DNA from: Synechococcus sp.
Lineage (GTDB): Bacteria > Cyanobacteriota > Cyanobacteriia > PCC-6307 > Cyanobiaceae
Length of the DNA stretch: 64,000 bases
Direction of reading: 5' to 3'
Assembly (NCBI GenBank): GCA_047285805.1
Contig: JBJBCN010000003.1
Coordinates: 352,001-416,000, forward strand
Below, one piece after another: positions 39,471-49,791 of the stretch. The notes beneath the pieces were generated by a model. It did no database searches. It was given only the letters and a program-made list of their open reading frames with translations, and was not told the DNA's origin. The translations under genes and the position numbers were made by a program. Every line of letters begins with the position of its first letter. Positions within the stretch are counted from its first letter, which is position 1.

Positions 39471-41963
39471 ATGCCCAAGGCGCGCCCCGAACAGCCGCTG
39501 CCCGACCCATCCGACGAGCGTCGTATTCAGCCGATTGCGCTGCATCAGGAGATGCAGCGCTCGTACCTGGAATACGCCATGAGCGTGATCGTGGGACGGG
39601 CGTTGCCCGATGCCCGTGATGGCCTCAAACCTGTTCAGCGGCGCATCCTGTTTGCCATGCATGAGCTGGGGCTGACCCCAGATCGCCCCTACCGCAAATG
39701 CGCCCGCGTCGTCGGCGACGTGCTGGGCAAGTACCACCCCCACGGCGATCAGGCGGTCTACGACGCCCTGGTCCGACTGGTACAGACCTTCGCCAGCCGG
39801 AATCCACTGCTTGATGGCCACGGCAACTTCGGCTCGGTGGATGACGACCCACCGGCGGCCATGCGTTACACCGAAACGCGTCTAGCCCCGATCGCCAATG
39901 AGGCGATGCTCGATGAAATCGGAAGGGACACGGTCGATTTCGCGAACAACTTCGATGGCTCCCAGCAGGAGCCGACCGTGCTCCCGGCCCAGCTGCCCTT
40001 CCTGCTGCTGAACGGCTGCACCGGCATCGCCGTCGGGATGGCCACCAACATTCCTCCCCACAACCTGGGGGAGGTAGTGGATGCCCTGATCGCCCTGGTG
40101 CGCAACCCGGAACTCAGCGACGAGAAGCTCCTAGAACTCGTGCCAGGCCCGGACTTTCCCACAGGCGGTGAGGTGCTCACCGGCAGCGGCCTGAGGGACA
40201 CCTATCTCTGTGGCCGCGGAAGCATCCCGATGCGGGGGGTAGCGCACATTGAGGAAATTCAGCCCGGCAAGGGGCGCCACAAGCGCGGAGCGGTCGTGAT
40301 CACGGAGCTGCCCTATCAGCTGAGCAAAGCAGGCTGGATTGAAAAGCTGGCTGAGCAGGTCAACGACGGAAAGATCAATGGCATCGCCGACATCCGCGAC
40401 GAGTCAGATCGCGAAGGCATGCGGGTAGTGGTCGAGCTGCGCCGGGACGCCGAACCGGACAAAGTCCTCGCGGACCTGCAGCGGCGCACTGCGCTACAGA
40501 GCAATTACGGCGCGATCCTGCTGGCCCTCGTTCGCGGCAAGCCGATCCAACTGAGGCTACGCGAGCTCTTGCAGGAGTTCCTGGACTACAGAGAGCTGAC
40601 GATCATTCGGCGGACCAAACACGCCCTAAAGCGTGCGGAAGATCGCCTCGAAGTCGTCGAAGGCTTGATCACCGCCCTCAATGATCTGCAACGAGTGATC
40701 GACATGATCACAGCAGCGCGCGATGCCTCCAGTGCCAAGGCCAGCCTGCAGGTGCACCTCGACATCAATGAGCGCCAAGCCGATTCCGTGCTGGCGATGC
40801 CCCTACGCCGACTTACCGGGCTCGAGCAGGAAAGCCTGCGGAAGGAAGCGGACGATCTGCGTCAAGAACGAGCCCGCCTACAGCACCTGTTGGATGAACG
40901 GCCGGCGCTGCTGGAGACGATGGTGGCGGAATTCAAGGCGCTGCAGAAGCGCTTTGCCACTCCCAGGCGCACACGCCTCGTGGAAGGCGGCGATGAGCTG
41001 ATGGCCCAGCGGACCGCGGCACAACGGCCTAACACCGAACTTCTGCGGCAGCGCGCCTTCGAAGGTCTCCCAAGCGACGCTCGCTTGCTGATCCAGGCCG
41101 ATGGGCAGGTGAAGGTGGTGAGCCCCCAACTGCTGGGTCGGCTTCACCTAGATGAGCCGGCGCCTCTAGGCGACAACACCTCACCCGCCCGCCTGATAAT
41201 GCCGATAAGCAGCCGTCCTGCCCTGTTGGCCTTCACGGATGCTGGCCGTGTGGCCTTGCTGCGCTGGGAGTTTGCAGGTCAAAACCCTGGGACCCTTGAA
41301 AAGTTTCTGCCCGAAGGCATGAGTGGTGAGCGGATCGTGCAGCTGCTGCCCCTACCACAAGAAGCTGAGGGGAAAAGCATCGGCCTACTCAGCAGTGACG
41401 GTCGGTTCAAGCGCCTGCCCCTAGCTGACTTCCAAGATCTATCCGGTCGGGCAACTTCGGTGCTCAAGCTCAAGGAAGGGGTAAGCCTCAAGCGTGTAGT
41501 TCTATGTCGAGACGGGACGGATTTACTGGTTTATACAAATGCAGGCCGTTGTTTACGCCTACAGATGAACGACGAGAACTTGCCGGTAATGGGCCGCAAT
41601 GCGCAGGGTGTGTCGATTGTCCGGTTGCTACCCGGAGAAGAGGCAATTGGAGCGCAGTCAGTAGACAGAAACGGCTATGTATGGCTTGCGTCGCGTCACG
41701 GAAGGATCAGCAGAGTCGAGATGAAGGATTTACGACCTGTCAGCAGAGGTGGAATTGGAGAAGTTGCAGTGACTTTTAGCTCCAAAGATGATCGACTCGT
41801 AGAAGCCCTCAATCAAGACTCGAAGCTATTTGCATTAGTCATGAATAATGGTCAGACACAGCGCCTCTCTCAACCAGATGGCACTACCACTGAGGTCATT
41901 GATAAGAACGACACAGCCAATGAAGTAGCAGAAGTCATAGAATTAATCAGCAAGGAAAGTTGA
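39471..41963 (+). CDS. gyrA: Type II topoisomerase subunit A (GyrA/ParC-like paralogue)
   Basis: [42 protein letters not shown] catalytic Tyr, divergent C-terminal pinwheel. Confidence 0.92.
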   Translation: MPKARPEQPLPDPSDERRIQPIALHQEMQRSYLEYAMSVIVGRALPDARDGLKPVQRRILFAMHELGLTPDRPYRKCARVVGDVLGKYHPHGDQAVYDALVRLVQTFASRNPLLDGHGNFGSVDDDPPAAMRYTETRLAPIANEAMLDEIGRDTVDFANNFDGSQQEPTVLPAQLPFLLLNGCTGIAVGMATNIPPHNLGEVVDALIALVRNPELSDEKLLELVPGPDFPTGGEVLTGSGLRDTYLCGRGSIPMRGVAHIEEIQPGKGRHKRGAVVITELPYQLSKAGWIEKLAEQVNDGKINGIADIRDESDREGMRVVVELRRDAEPDKVLADLQRRTALQSNYGAILLALVRGKPIQLRLRELLQEFLDYRELTIIRRTKHALKRAEDRLEVVEGLITALNDLQRVIDMITAARDASSAKASLQVHLDINERQADSVLAMPLRRLTGLEQESLRKEADDLRQERARLQHLLDERPALLETMVAEFKALQKRFATPRRTRLVEGGDELMAQRTAAQRPNTELLRQRAFEGLPSDARLLIQADGQVKVVSPQLLGRLHLDEPAPLGDNTSPARLIMPISSRPALLAFTDAGRVALLRWEFAGQNPGTLEKFLPEGMSGERIVQLLPLPQEAEGKSIGLLSSDGRFKRLPLADFQDLSGRATSVLKLKEGVSLKRVVLCRDGTDLLVYTNAGRCLRLQMNDENLPVMGRNAQGVSIVRLLPGEEAIGAQSVDRNGYVWLASRHGRISRVEMKDLRPVSRGGIGEVAVTFSSKDDRLVEALNQDSKLFALVMNNGQTQRLSQPDGTTTEVIDKNDTANEVAEVIELISKES

Positions 41964-42004
41964 CTTGTGCATGATGCGGAGCCAAGCCAGAGAACGCAAA
42001 TGGC

Positions 42005-43054
42005 CTACACCTCCTGAGCAGTCTCGTAATCAGAATGCCTACCCACATCAAGCCACAACTCATGTAGAGGAAAGACATGCAGATTCATCTGTTGGTCAAG
42101 GCCACGAAGAAAAAGATCTGTCATGTCGCAAGAACATCCAGGCTTAAGTAGTGAAAGGAGACGTGGTGTGACAACATAGATTCCGGCATTAACCTGAGCC
42201 CTAACGATTGGCTTCTCTTCAAGACCTGTGAATTGGGTCCCAATGCTGCGAACCACACCAAACGGATTTTGCCACTCTTGCGGACGCACAGCCATTAGAG
42301 CATCCGCAGAGTCACGAATACACTGGTCAATGAGGTCTGCAAAGGAAACATCTGTAACTACGTCGCAGTTGACCACAAGAAGATGCTGGCTCAGGAGTGA
42401 AGGATTAAGGAGGGACAGAGAGCCCGCAGTACCAAGCGGTGATGACTCATGCAGGTAGGTGATGTGAGTACTAAAACGCGAACCGTCGCCGAAATGGTCG
42501 AGAATAATTTGTGATAGATAATTAACGGAAATGGCGATATTCTTAAAGCCTTCACAAGACAACTTCTCAATAAGATGTTCAAGCATGGGCTTACCCTTAA
42601 CTGGAAGCATGGGCTTAGGCATTTCGGCCGTAAGAGGCATAAGCCTCTGACCGCGACCACCAGCCATGATGACGACAGTTTCACTCCGCTCTGGCGGACT
42701 AAAAAGGTGCTCAGCGACGTGGAGGCCTACAAGTTGTCCTGCTGGATTCACAACAGGTAGGTGGAAGAAGTGATTAATACGCATAAGATTATGAGCCTCA
42801 GCCTCTCCCATACACGGGGAAACAACTATCGGAACTCGATTCATAACAGAATCAACTTTTTGCTCTAGAGAAAGACCGTTAAGCAATGCTTTTCTAATAT
42901 CACTATCCGCAATCATTCCAAGCAGCTTGCAAGAATCATCGACAACAAGAGCAAGCTGGTAACCAACATCGCTCATGACCCTCAGCGCGTCGGTGAGAGT
43001 GCTTCCAGATTGAACGGTTGTATTAACCCAGTCTTTGACAAGAGTGGTCTTCAT
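42005..43054 (-). CDS. CBS-domain sugar-phosphate nucleotidyltransferase (PtmE/LgaF-like)
   Basis: N-terminal CBS pair (DSDIRKALL), MAGGRGQRLMPLT..PKPML, LGTAGSL, WLDVG. Confidence 0.9.
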   Translation of the reverse strand: MKTTLVKDWVNTTVQSGSTLTDALRVMSDVGYQLALVVDDSCKLLGMIADSDIRKALLNGLSLEQKVDSVMNRVPIVVSPCMGEAEAHNLMRINHFFHLPVVNPAGQLVGLHVAEHLFSPPERSETVVIMAGGRGQRLMPLTAEMPKPMLPVKGKPMLEHLIEKLSCEGFKNIAISVNYLSQIILDHFGDGSRFSTHITYLHESSPLGTAGSLSLLNPSLLSQHLLVVNCDVVTDVSFADLIDQCIRDSADALMAVRPQEWQNPFGVVRSIGTQFTGLEEKPIVRAQVNAGIYVVTPRLLSLLKPGCSCDMTDLFLRGLDQQMNLHVFPLHELWLDVGRHSDYETAQEV

Positions 43055-44484
43055 GATGGGATAATAGATAAGACTGCCTGAGCAAGGATTTCGAGTCCTT
43101 TTGAACCACTACGCTCGGGATGAAACTGGAATCCAATGATGTTGTTATAGCGAACGGTGGCAGCAAAGGTTTCGCCTCCATAACAAGACATGTGGGTCAC
43201 GTACTCAGGCGAGATATTGATGGCGGCATAGCTATGGACAAAGTATTGATAGACACACTCGTCTTCACAAGAACGTGAAGAACCACTTGGGATGAGCTTA
43301 TTCCATCCAACATGAGGCAGTAAGACTCTGTGACCGAAGGCATCACAGGAGGGAAGGCAACTTACATTACCTGGGATAAAATCTAGGCCTGGGGTAACGG
43401 AATATTCATCACTTTGTGAGAAAAGCATCTGCATACCGAGACAGATGCCGAGGAGAGCCTTTCCTTGAGAGACCCACTCCGTAAGAAATGGAGCCAAACA
43501 AAGCCGGTCTAGGGCAGCCATTCCTGCAGGGAATGAACCAACGCCGGGTAAGGCTAAAAGGTCGCAAGCATCGAAGTCATGGTATTGGCTCGAGATAGCC
43601 ACAGAAGCACCTAATGATCTAAATGCATTGAGTAAACTATGAGTGTTACCCATACCGTAGTCGATGATGCCTATTTTCAGGCCGGAGAGAGGATTGCCGT
43701 AGGAAGGGAGAGGGTTGCATAAATGGCGTAGATTAAGCTCCGGGGATAAAGAGGCTTTGGTCTTATAACGCGCAAAATCTAGAGAGTTTGAGTGAAGCGC
43801 AGCTCCAACGCTGACGCCCGAAACGCAAGAATTGGAAAGCATGGAGGTGATTTGAACATCAGTTGAAATCCCTCCGCCGAAGATTAAGGGAACTGAGACT
43901 AGGTCTTGAACAGCACTCAATAACTCAGTATCCGGGGATGTGCATGTTCCGTCCCTATCTACGGAAGTTAGTAAGATCTCACCAGCACCTGCTTCTTGAG
44001 CCTTCTGAATCCAAGTCAAAACGTCTAGACCTGACTTTTCTCTACCCGCTTCGGTCATAGCTTCCCAGTTCCCACTGGAGGTCTGACGAGCTTGCACCGA
44101 TACGACAACGCACTGTTTGCCGAAAGCTTGTGCAAGCTCTGTGATCAGCTCAGGACGTTTAATGGCAGCTGTGTTGATAGCAATTTTGTCAGCTCCAGAT
44201 GCCAAAAGGGACTTGGCATCTGTGACGCTTCGAACTCCGCCTCCGGCTGTTATAGGAATAAAGACCTGCTCGCAGTTTTTACGAAGAAGATCCAAGAGGC
44301 TATTTCTACCGTAGAGGCTTGCGACGGCATCAACATAAAGAAGCTCATCAGCACCGGACTGACAGTACTTTATAGCTGCTTCACTGGGGTCCCCAATGAC
44401 GCGGAGACCTTCAAACCGAACACCCTTAATGAGACGACTACCTTTGATATCGAGACGAGCTATCAGTCGTTTAGTTAAACCCAT
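43051..44484 (-). CDS. HisF-like/HisH-like fusion (WbuZ-WbuY type glutaminase module)
   Basis: N-terminal KRLIARLDIK, GGGVRS, GAGEILLTSVDRDGT; C-terminal IIDYGMGN, LPGVGSF, GICLGMQ, YFVHSY, QFHPERS; one uninterrupted frame. Confidence 0.88.
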   Translation of the reverse strand: MGLTKRLIARLDIKGSRLIKGVRFEGLRVIGDPSEAAIKYCQSGADELLYVDAVASLYGRNSLLDLLRKNCEQVFIPITAGGGVRSVTDAKSLLASGADKIAINTAAIKRPELITELAQAFGKQCVVVSVQARQTSSGNWEAMTEAGREKSGLDVLTWIQKAQEAGAGEILLTSVDRDGTCTSPDTELLSAVQDLVSVPLIFGGGISTDVQITSMLSNSCVSGVSVGAALHSNSLDFARYKTKASLSPELNLRHLCNPLPSYGNPLSGLKIGIIDYGMGNTHSLLNAFRSLGASVAISSQYHDFDACDLLALPGVGSFPAGMAALDRLCLAPFLTEWVSQGKALLGICLGMQMLFSQSDEYSVTPGLDFIPGNVSCLPSCDAFGHRVLLPHVGWNKLIPSGSSRSCEDECVYQYFVHSYAAINISPEYVTHMSCYGGETFAATVRYNNIIGFQFHPERSGSKGLEILAQAVLSIIPS

Positions 44485-44485
44485 A

Positions 44486-45850
44486 CTAATGAGGAGAATT
44501 ACCGATCCATTCAGATGCGGTGAGCTGTTGATGAGATGCTACATCGTCAAAAACCGTACGACGTAGCTTCCATTGGTTATCGTCAGTGAAGGTCCACAAG
44601 TGTGGCGATCGAAATTTGTCAGCCAATAGATTGTAATAGCTGTGATCGAATGCAGGGCTTTCGAAGGCTTTTGATGCAACTGGGAACTGATCTGGAGGAA
44701 GAGAAAGATAGTCAAAGATCTCCTGGGCCCAGCGATCAGGGAATTCACCATCATATTTTTGAACTAGAGCGACACCCTCTTCTCGAGTAATATCTCCCGA
44801 GCGTATCTCCTGGGCTGCATCATATGTAGACCTTCCGATGCCGAACTTAATCCATGTCGTATGGTAATGGAAGTCATCGATACGATCATCAATTGAATTA
44901 TAGGTGCTGTAAGTACCTGCAGTTCGCTCTGGAGCACTCTCAAAACCTCCGTGCTCGATGGCGTAATAGTATGCACTTTGCGGATGCCATTTTTCATAAT
45001 AGCCAAGATAATGAACTTCTATTTTCTTATCAGTGAGTCTATGCGGATCAATCGGCATATATGGTTCCCAGTCTACTGGCTGCAAACCAAGCTCCCGTAG
45101 ATTAGAGAGCGAAGTGCCTCCTAGGAAGATTTCGTCTTCTGATGATGAAGAGAAGTATTCCCAGCTTCGCACGGCTGAGTTCATATCAGCTTGAGGGTTG
45201 CCATATTCTGCTTCATTTTCACCATAGAAGATGAGAGGTATATCATAGAGCGCTGCTATCTTGGGAGCGAGATTTTTTTGGCCGAGGATAAAGGGTTGAA
45301 ACGGGTGAAAGAGATTCTCTACCGCCAGACGAGTAATAAGCCTATGAATTTTACCATTAGGAGTAAAAAGGATATTGTCAAATCCAGCGTGAATCCAGGC
45401 CTGATGATTTCTCCAGCCCCAATCTGTATAAATATGAGGGGCCCATGTACATGTTAATGGGTGCATCCCATATTTGTACTTTAGTAGGTGGGCTTGCATG
45501 AAACTGTCTTTGCCCCCGCTCCCTGGGACTAAGCAGTCATAAGAACCATCTGTCCGACGATAGCGATCGCAGAGATCACGAAGTTCAAGTTCGCGTGTGT
45601 TCCAGTCAATGCTATTTTTTTGCTCTTTTACTCGGCATGCGTCACAGACACCTGATTCATCGAAGTGAATCGCTTGCTTAGGTTTTGTTCCGTCATTCTT
45701 GAACTCAGCTGTGCTAGAAGGTCGCTGGTTGCTGATGACGCAGGAGCGACAGAACTTTATCTCAAGAGGAAGGCCATAAAAGGCCACTTCTGGCTGGGAA
45801 GACCTAAAGGCTGTCTTGTCGATAGGCTGTGGGAAAGGAAAAAAGACCAT
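44486..45850 (-). CDS. N-acetyl sugar amidotransferase (WbuX/PseA/WbpG family)
   Basis: CRSC..NQRP and GVCDAC Cys motifs, PP-loop SGGKDS, YGENEAEYG, KFGIGR, IRSGDITREE. Confidence 0.9.
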   Translation of the reverse strand: MVFFPFPQPIDKTAFRSSQPEVAFYGLPLEIKFCRSCVISNQRPSSTAEFKNDGTKPKQAIHFDESGVCDACRVKEQKNSIDWNTRELELRDLCDRYRRTDGSYDCLVPGSGGKDSFMQAHLLKYKYGMHPLTCTWAPHIYTDWGWRNHQAWIHAGFDNILFTPNGKIHRLITRLAVENLFHPFQPFILGQKNLAPKIAALYDIPLIFYGENEAEYGNPQADMNSAVRSWEYFSSSSEDEIFLGGTSLSNLRELGLQPVDWEPYMPIDPHRLTDKKIEVHYLGYYEKWHPQSAYYYAIEHGGFESAPERTAGTYSTYNSIDDRIDDFHYHTTWIKFGIGRSTYDAAQEIRSGDITREEGVALVQKYDGEFPDRWAQEIFDYLSLPPDQFPVASKAFESPAFDHSYYNLLADKFRSPHLWTFTDDNQWKLRRTVFDDVASHQQLTASEWIGNSPH

Positions 45851-45877
45851 GCCGGCGCTTCGACTCGAATTACAATC

Positions 45878-47017
45878 CTATCGCCATTGCTGGTTTTGCA
45901 GCCATTCCATGATCGCAGATGTGGGTGTCTTAGTAGGCTTAGGGCACTTTCGGGGCCAAAGCACGCGTTGACCGGCTTGAAGGGCATTCTGCAGGGCTGA
46001 GCTGACAGAGTCGATTTCTGGAGTTGCATCAAAAACATCGGGTCCAAATCTGAGACGTCCTTGCTGGCGAGCGCCGATATTCAGAACAGGCATACCGACA
46101 ATTGGTGCTTCGATGATTCCACTTGAAGAATTTCCACCCATAGCTTCAAACAAATGAAGAGCAGCGAGGTATCGTTCATGACCCAAAGATGGGATACACC
46201 ATGCTCGATGCGAGTATGTTTCGACAAAGCGATGCAAAAGACTCAAAAGATCATCACTTCCATCGTCGGCATTCGGGTATGTAAAAAGAACATGTATATC
46301 CAGCCGCTCTAAGACATTAAGCAGGACTTGAAACCCCTTAATTCCTCGATCTTCGTCAAGAGTTTCAGGGTGATATGTCACAAGCAAGTTGGAATCGCCA
46401 AAACGATAGCCAGTCAGGCGCTCAAAGTCGGAACGGCTAGGTTCAGGCGACCTTAAAATTCCATCCAGCACTAATGGTCCGACTGTAAAGACGCTCTGAG
46501 GCGAATGCCCCATCGCTATCACTCGTTTGCTATATAGTTCTGCAGCTGTAAAATGCCAAGTGCTCAGTTGGGTAATCGCATGTCGAAGTTTGTTATCCAA
46601 AGCACCTTCGGTTGTTTCACCTCCATGCAAGTGTACAATTGGTATACCAGTAAGATGGCTCGCCGCTGCACATGCAAATGCCTCATAACGATCACCCAGG
46701 ATAATAATTAGCTCAGGTTGGGAGCTAACTAAGCAAGCTGCGATCCCTGACAAAGCAGCCGAAGTAAGCTCGGCCATGGACGGCCGGGGGGTTCGCTCTA
46801 GAGCGAGGGGTACAAAATGAGTTGGCTTGAGGCCATCCGATTCAATCTCAGTGACTGTCGAACCAAAAGTTGAGCTAAGGTGGCTACCACTAACAATCAT
46901 TTGGAGCTCGAAACGGACATCAGAATTGATCTCTATCAACAGATGCCGCAACAGACCATACTCTGATCGACTACCGGTGAAGGCTGCAATTTTTATAGGC
47001 AGATTATGTTCAACCAT
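45878..47017 (-). CDS. neuC: Hydrolysing NDP-sugar 2-epimerase (NeuC/LegG)
   Basis: TGSRSEYG, GSHLS, LGDRYE, HLHGGE, RHAITQL, NSSSGIIEAP. Confidence 0.92.
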   Translation of the reverse strand: MVEHNLPIKIAAFTGSRSEYGLLRHLLIEINSDVRFELQMIVSGSHLSSTFGSTVTEIESDGLKPTHFVPLALERTPRPSMAELTSAALSGIAACLVSSQPELIIILGDRYEAFACAAASHLTGIPIVHLHGGETTEGALDNKLRHAITQLSTWHFTAAELYSKRVIAMGHSPQSVFTVGPLVLDGILRSPEPSRSDFERLTGYRFGDSNLLVTYHPETLDEDRGIKGFQVLLNVLERLDIHVLFTYPNADDGSDDLLSLLHRFVETYSHRAWCIPSLGHERYLAALHLFEAMGGNSSSGIIEAPIVGMPVLNIGARQQGRLRFGPDVFDATPEIDSVSSALQNALQAGQRVLWPRKCPKPTKTPTSAIMEWLQNQQWR

Positions 47018-48020
47018 CGATAGCTTCACCAACGTCATAATTACGACGGGCAGGTTTTCCGATTATCTGGAAGTAAGACATAGGACTGAGGCCATCGGCT
47101 GGGCGTTGGCACACCAAATCATCAGGTGTTAACAGCTGTCCGGTTGAGATTGGCCGCGCCGCCCTCAAACTGCGTCGTGCAACGGTGAGTGTGTTCTGTT
47201 CTGAAGGCTGTGGACGCTTGAAGCCATCACCGAGAATCTTCTCGCAACTACGTATGGCGAGAACCATTTGCTCGAACGATGAAGGCTCAAGACTTGCTTT
47301 GTGATCGGGACCTGGTAAAGAAGTATCCAGTGTTAGATGCTTTTCAAGAACGACAGCACCTAAAGCCACAGCTGCTACTGGAGCCACTATGCCAGTGGTG
47401 TGGTCTGAGTAACCAACAGGACAGCCAAAGGCTGAATGCATAGATGTGAGGGCATAAAGATTGACCTCATCTTCTGGTGCTGGGTATGCGCTTAGACAGT
47501 GGAGAAGAGTGACCCGATCTCTCGGTAGTCCAGCATCAAGAAAGACTTGAAGCGCTTCTTCTACCTCGCCCAGGCGACTCATACCTGTAGAAAGATATAC
47601 AGGTAAGTTATATGTGAGAGCCGCTTGAGCCATAGCCTGGAGCAATGGGAGATGGGTTATCTCTCCAGATGGAACCTTAATCGCATTAATGCCAACCTCA
47701 AGGAGCATCTGTAGTTCTGGTATACCAAAAGCAGTGGACAAGAAAGAAATACCTATGTCGCGACAGTAATCAGCCAACTCGAAATGTTGACAAACGCTTA
47801 ATTCGAGATTATTAAGCATCTGACGTTGGCTACCGGCGCCGTCATTTTGAGTCTGGTAGTCAGCCTTGGGTGCGTTGGTAGTGACAAGCGAGGAAGAGGT
47901 GAATGTCTGAAATTTGACGGCATCGGCGCCTGCATCAGCAGCGGCCCTGACCAACTGCTTAGCCATGGCGAAGTCGCCGTTGTGATTGACACCAGCCTCG
48001 GCGATTACAAAAGTGGCCAT
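47010..48020 (-). CDS. neuB: Nonulosonic acid synthase (NeuB/LegI)
   Basis: IAEAGVNHNG, AVKFQTF, LSTGMS, GYSDHT, EKHLTLD..LPGPDH, C-terminal SAF domain. Confidence 0.95.
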   Translation of the reverse strand: MATFVIAEAGVNHNGDFAMAKQLVRAAADAGADAVKFQTFTSSSLVTTNAPKADYQTQNDGAGSQRQMLNNLELSVCQHFELADYCRDIGISFLSTAFGIPELQMLLEVGINAIKVPSGEITHLPLLQAMAQAALTYNLPVYLSTGMSRLGEVEEALQVFLDAGLPRDRVTLLHCLSAYPAPEDEVNLYALTSMHSAFGCPVGYSDHTTGIVAPVAAVALGAVVLEKHLTLDTSLPGPDHKASLEPSSFEQMVLAIRSCEKILGDGFKRPQPSEQNTLTVARRSLRAARPISTGQLLTPDDLVCQRPADGLSPMSYFQIIGKPARRNYDVGEAIDG

Positions 48021-48598
48021 CCCATCACCCGTTTGCCGGCACTAATTACAGTACGTTCAGGAATCTCTAGTCCCTCCCGAAGAACACTGCCGCTGCCAAT
48101 AAAACATTCTGAGCCAAGCCTAACGCCTCCATTAATCACGGCTCCGGTACTGACATGGCAATGGTCCCCGATTTGGACGTCATGCTCTATGAGGCATCTA
48201 GTGTTGAGGGTGCAATGTGATCCGATTACAGCACCCGCATTGATAATCGAGCCATGGCCGACAGTCGTACCCCTTCCTAATGTCGCGTGACGACTAACAA
48301 TAGCGTGTGGAGAAACCACTAAAGGTATTTCAAAACCAAGTTCTTCCAGTAATGAAGCCAAACGTATACGCAAACGAGCATCTGGAAGCTGCCCAACCGC
48401 CAAAACCGCGGCTTTGCAGGTCAATGAAAGCTGCGGGAGATCAGAGTCAGAAGATATAACAGTATACCCAAGCACTTTTGTCCCTACCTGCTCCGGAAGA
48501 CCAACAAGACCTTCGATCTTCCATCGACCCGCTTCCTCAACAATATCGATCAATGAGCGCGCATGTCCGCCACAGCCAATGAGGAGCAAAGAAGTCAA
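48005..48598 (-). CDS. NeuD/PglD-family hexapeptide acetyltransferase
   Basis: LIGCGGHA, left-handed beta-helix repeats, IEHD; TTG 48598 overlaps the upstream TGA. Confidence 0.88.
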   Translation of the reverse strand: MTSLLLIGCGGHARSLIDIVEEAGRWKIEGLVGLPEQVGTKVLGYTVISSDSDLPQLSLTCKAAVLAVGQLPDARLRIRLASLLEELGFEIPLVVSPHAIVSRHATLGRGTTVGHGSIINAGAVIGSHCTLNTRCLIEHDVQIGDHCHVSTGAVINGGVRLGSECFIGSGSVLREGLEIPERTVISAGKRVMGWPLL

Positions 48599-49791
48599 TT
48601 TGCCAAACCCTCCAACAACTGTGGACTGCTCGGTAGATTCAGGAGACGACAGGCTTGATCTTCTGCGATTGAAAGAGGTCCGCGTGGAGAGTCGGTATAC
48701 ATAGGTTGTTGGTTTAGTAGTTGCCACACAGGACGCAACAGGATGCCCTCAGCATGAGCACACTCGATAATGTTTAGACGAACTACTCTTGCTTGACGAG
48801 AATCATCCGAAAGAAATCTCAAAGAAACTAGCCAGTGATTGCTGCTACATCCCGGCTGCTCCGAAAGAATCTCTACCCCTGGAATAGAAGCAAAGAGATT
48901 TGTGTATCTGTCAAAGAGTTTCTTTTTTAGCCTAAGACGGCGATCAAGATCCTCGATCTGAGCAACTCCCAGTGCTGCATTGAGATTTGGCAAACGATCG
49001 TTCCACCCAACTAAATCATGCTTGAACTCCCAAGGGTGCGGAATTTTTGCTGTTGTGGAAAGATGCCGTGCGAGATTAGCTAGTTCGGTATTGTTTGTGA
49101 TAACTGCACCACCCCCACCGGTGGTAATTAGCTTATTTCCATTGAAGCTTAGTATTCCTAAAGAACCAATTAAACCACAGTGCTCTTCTGCAACCCAGCT
49201 TCCGAGTGCTTCCGCAGCATCTTCAATTAAGGGCAAACCCCATTCATCTGAAACAGATCGTAGCTGATTGATTAGAGCTGGACGACCAAAGACATGAACT
49301 GGGAGTACGGCAGACAACCTACGTCCTGATTCGCGATTGTAGATCTGACCGCCGCGTCTCTCAGCAATTGCGTCTAGACGTTCTGCTAAAGAACTAGGGC
49401 TCATTCCTAAGGAACAAGGTTCAATGTCAACAAAATGAGGAACTGCTCCTAGATGTGAAACTGCGTTAGCAGTTGCAATAAAACTCAGAGGAGGCAAAAG
49501 AACTTCATCCCCAGGACGCACTCCCGCAACGTAGAGGCTTAGGCGAAGAGCAACGGTGCCATTGCTCACAGCTATTGCATGTTTGGCTCCAGTAAAGTGG
49601 CATAGAGACTGTTCAAACTGACTAACCCACTGTCCTGCTGTACTTACCCACCCAGTATCTAGACAATCCTTTACGTACTGCCAGGCATTGGTACCGCTAA
49701 AATCTGGCTCATGAAGTGCAATAGGATATGAGTTGGAAGACTGTCCACAAACATCCCTCAAAACAGCCAATATGTCCGAAGTTTGACTCAT
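48595..49791 (-). CDS. legC: LegC-family PLP aminotransferase
   Basis: IALHEP, TGWVST, EDAAEALGS, SFNGNKLITTGGGG, LSTTAK.PHPW. Confidence 0.92.
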   Translation of the reverse strand: MSQTSDILAVLRDVCGQSSNSYPIALHEPDFSGTNAWQYVKDCLDTGWVSTAGQWVSQFEQSLCHFTGAKHAIAVSNGTVALRLSLYVAGVRPGDEVLLPPLSFIATANAVSHLGAVPHFVDIEPCSLGMSPSSLAERLDAIAERRGGQIYNRESGRRLSAVLPVHVFGRPALINQLRSVSDEWGLPLIEDAAEALGSWVAEEHCGLIGSLGILSFNGNKLITTGGGGAVITNNTELANLARHLSTTAKIPHPWEFKHDLVGWNDRLPNLNAALGVAQIEDLDRRLRLKKKLFDRYTNLFASIPGVEILSEQPGCSSNHWLVSLRFLSDDSRQARVVRLNIIECAHAEGILLRPVWQLLNQQPMYTDSPRGPLSIAEDQACRLLNLPSSPQLLEGLAN

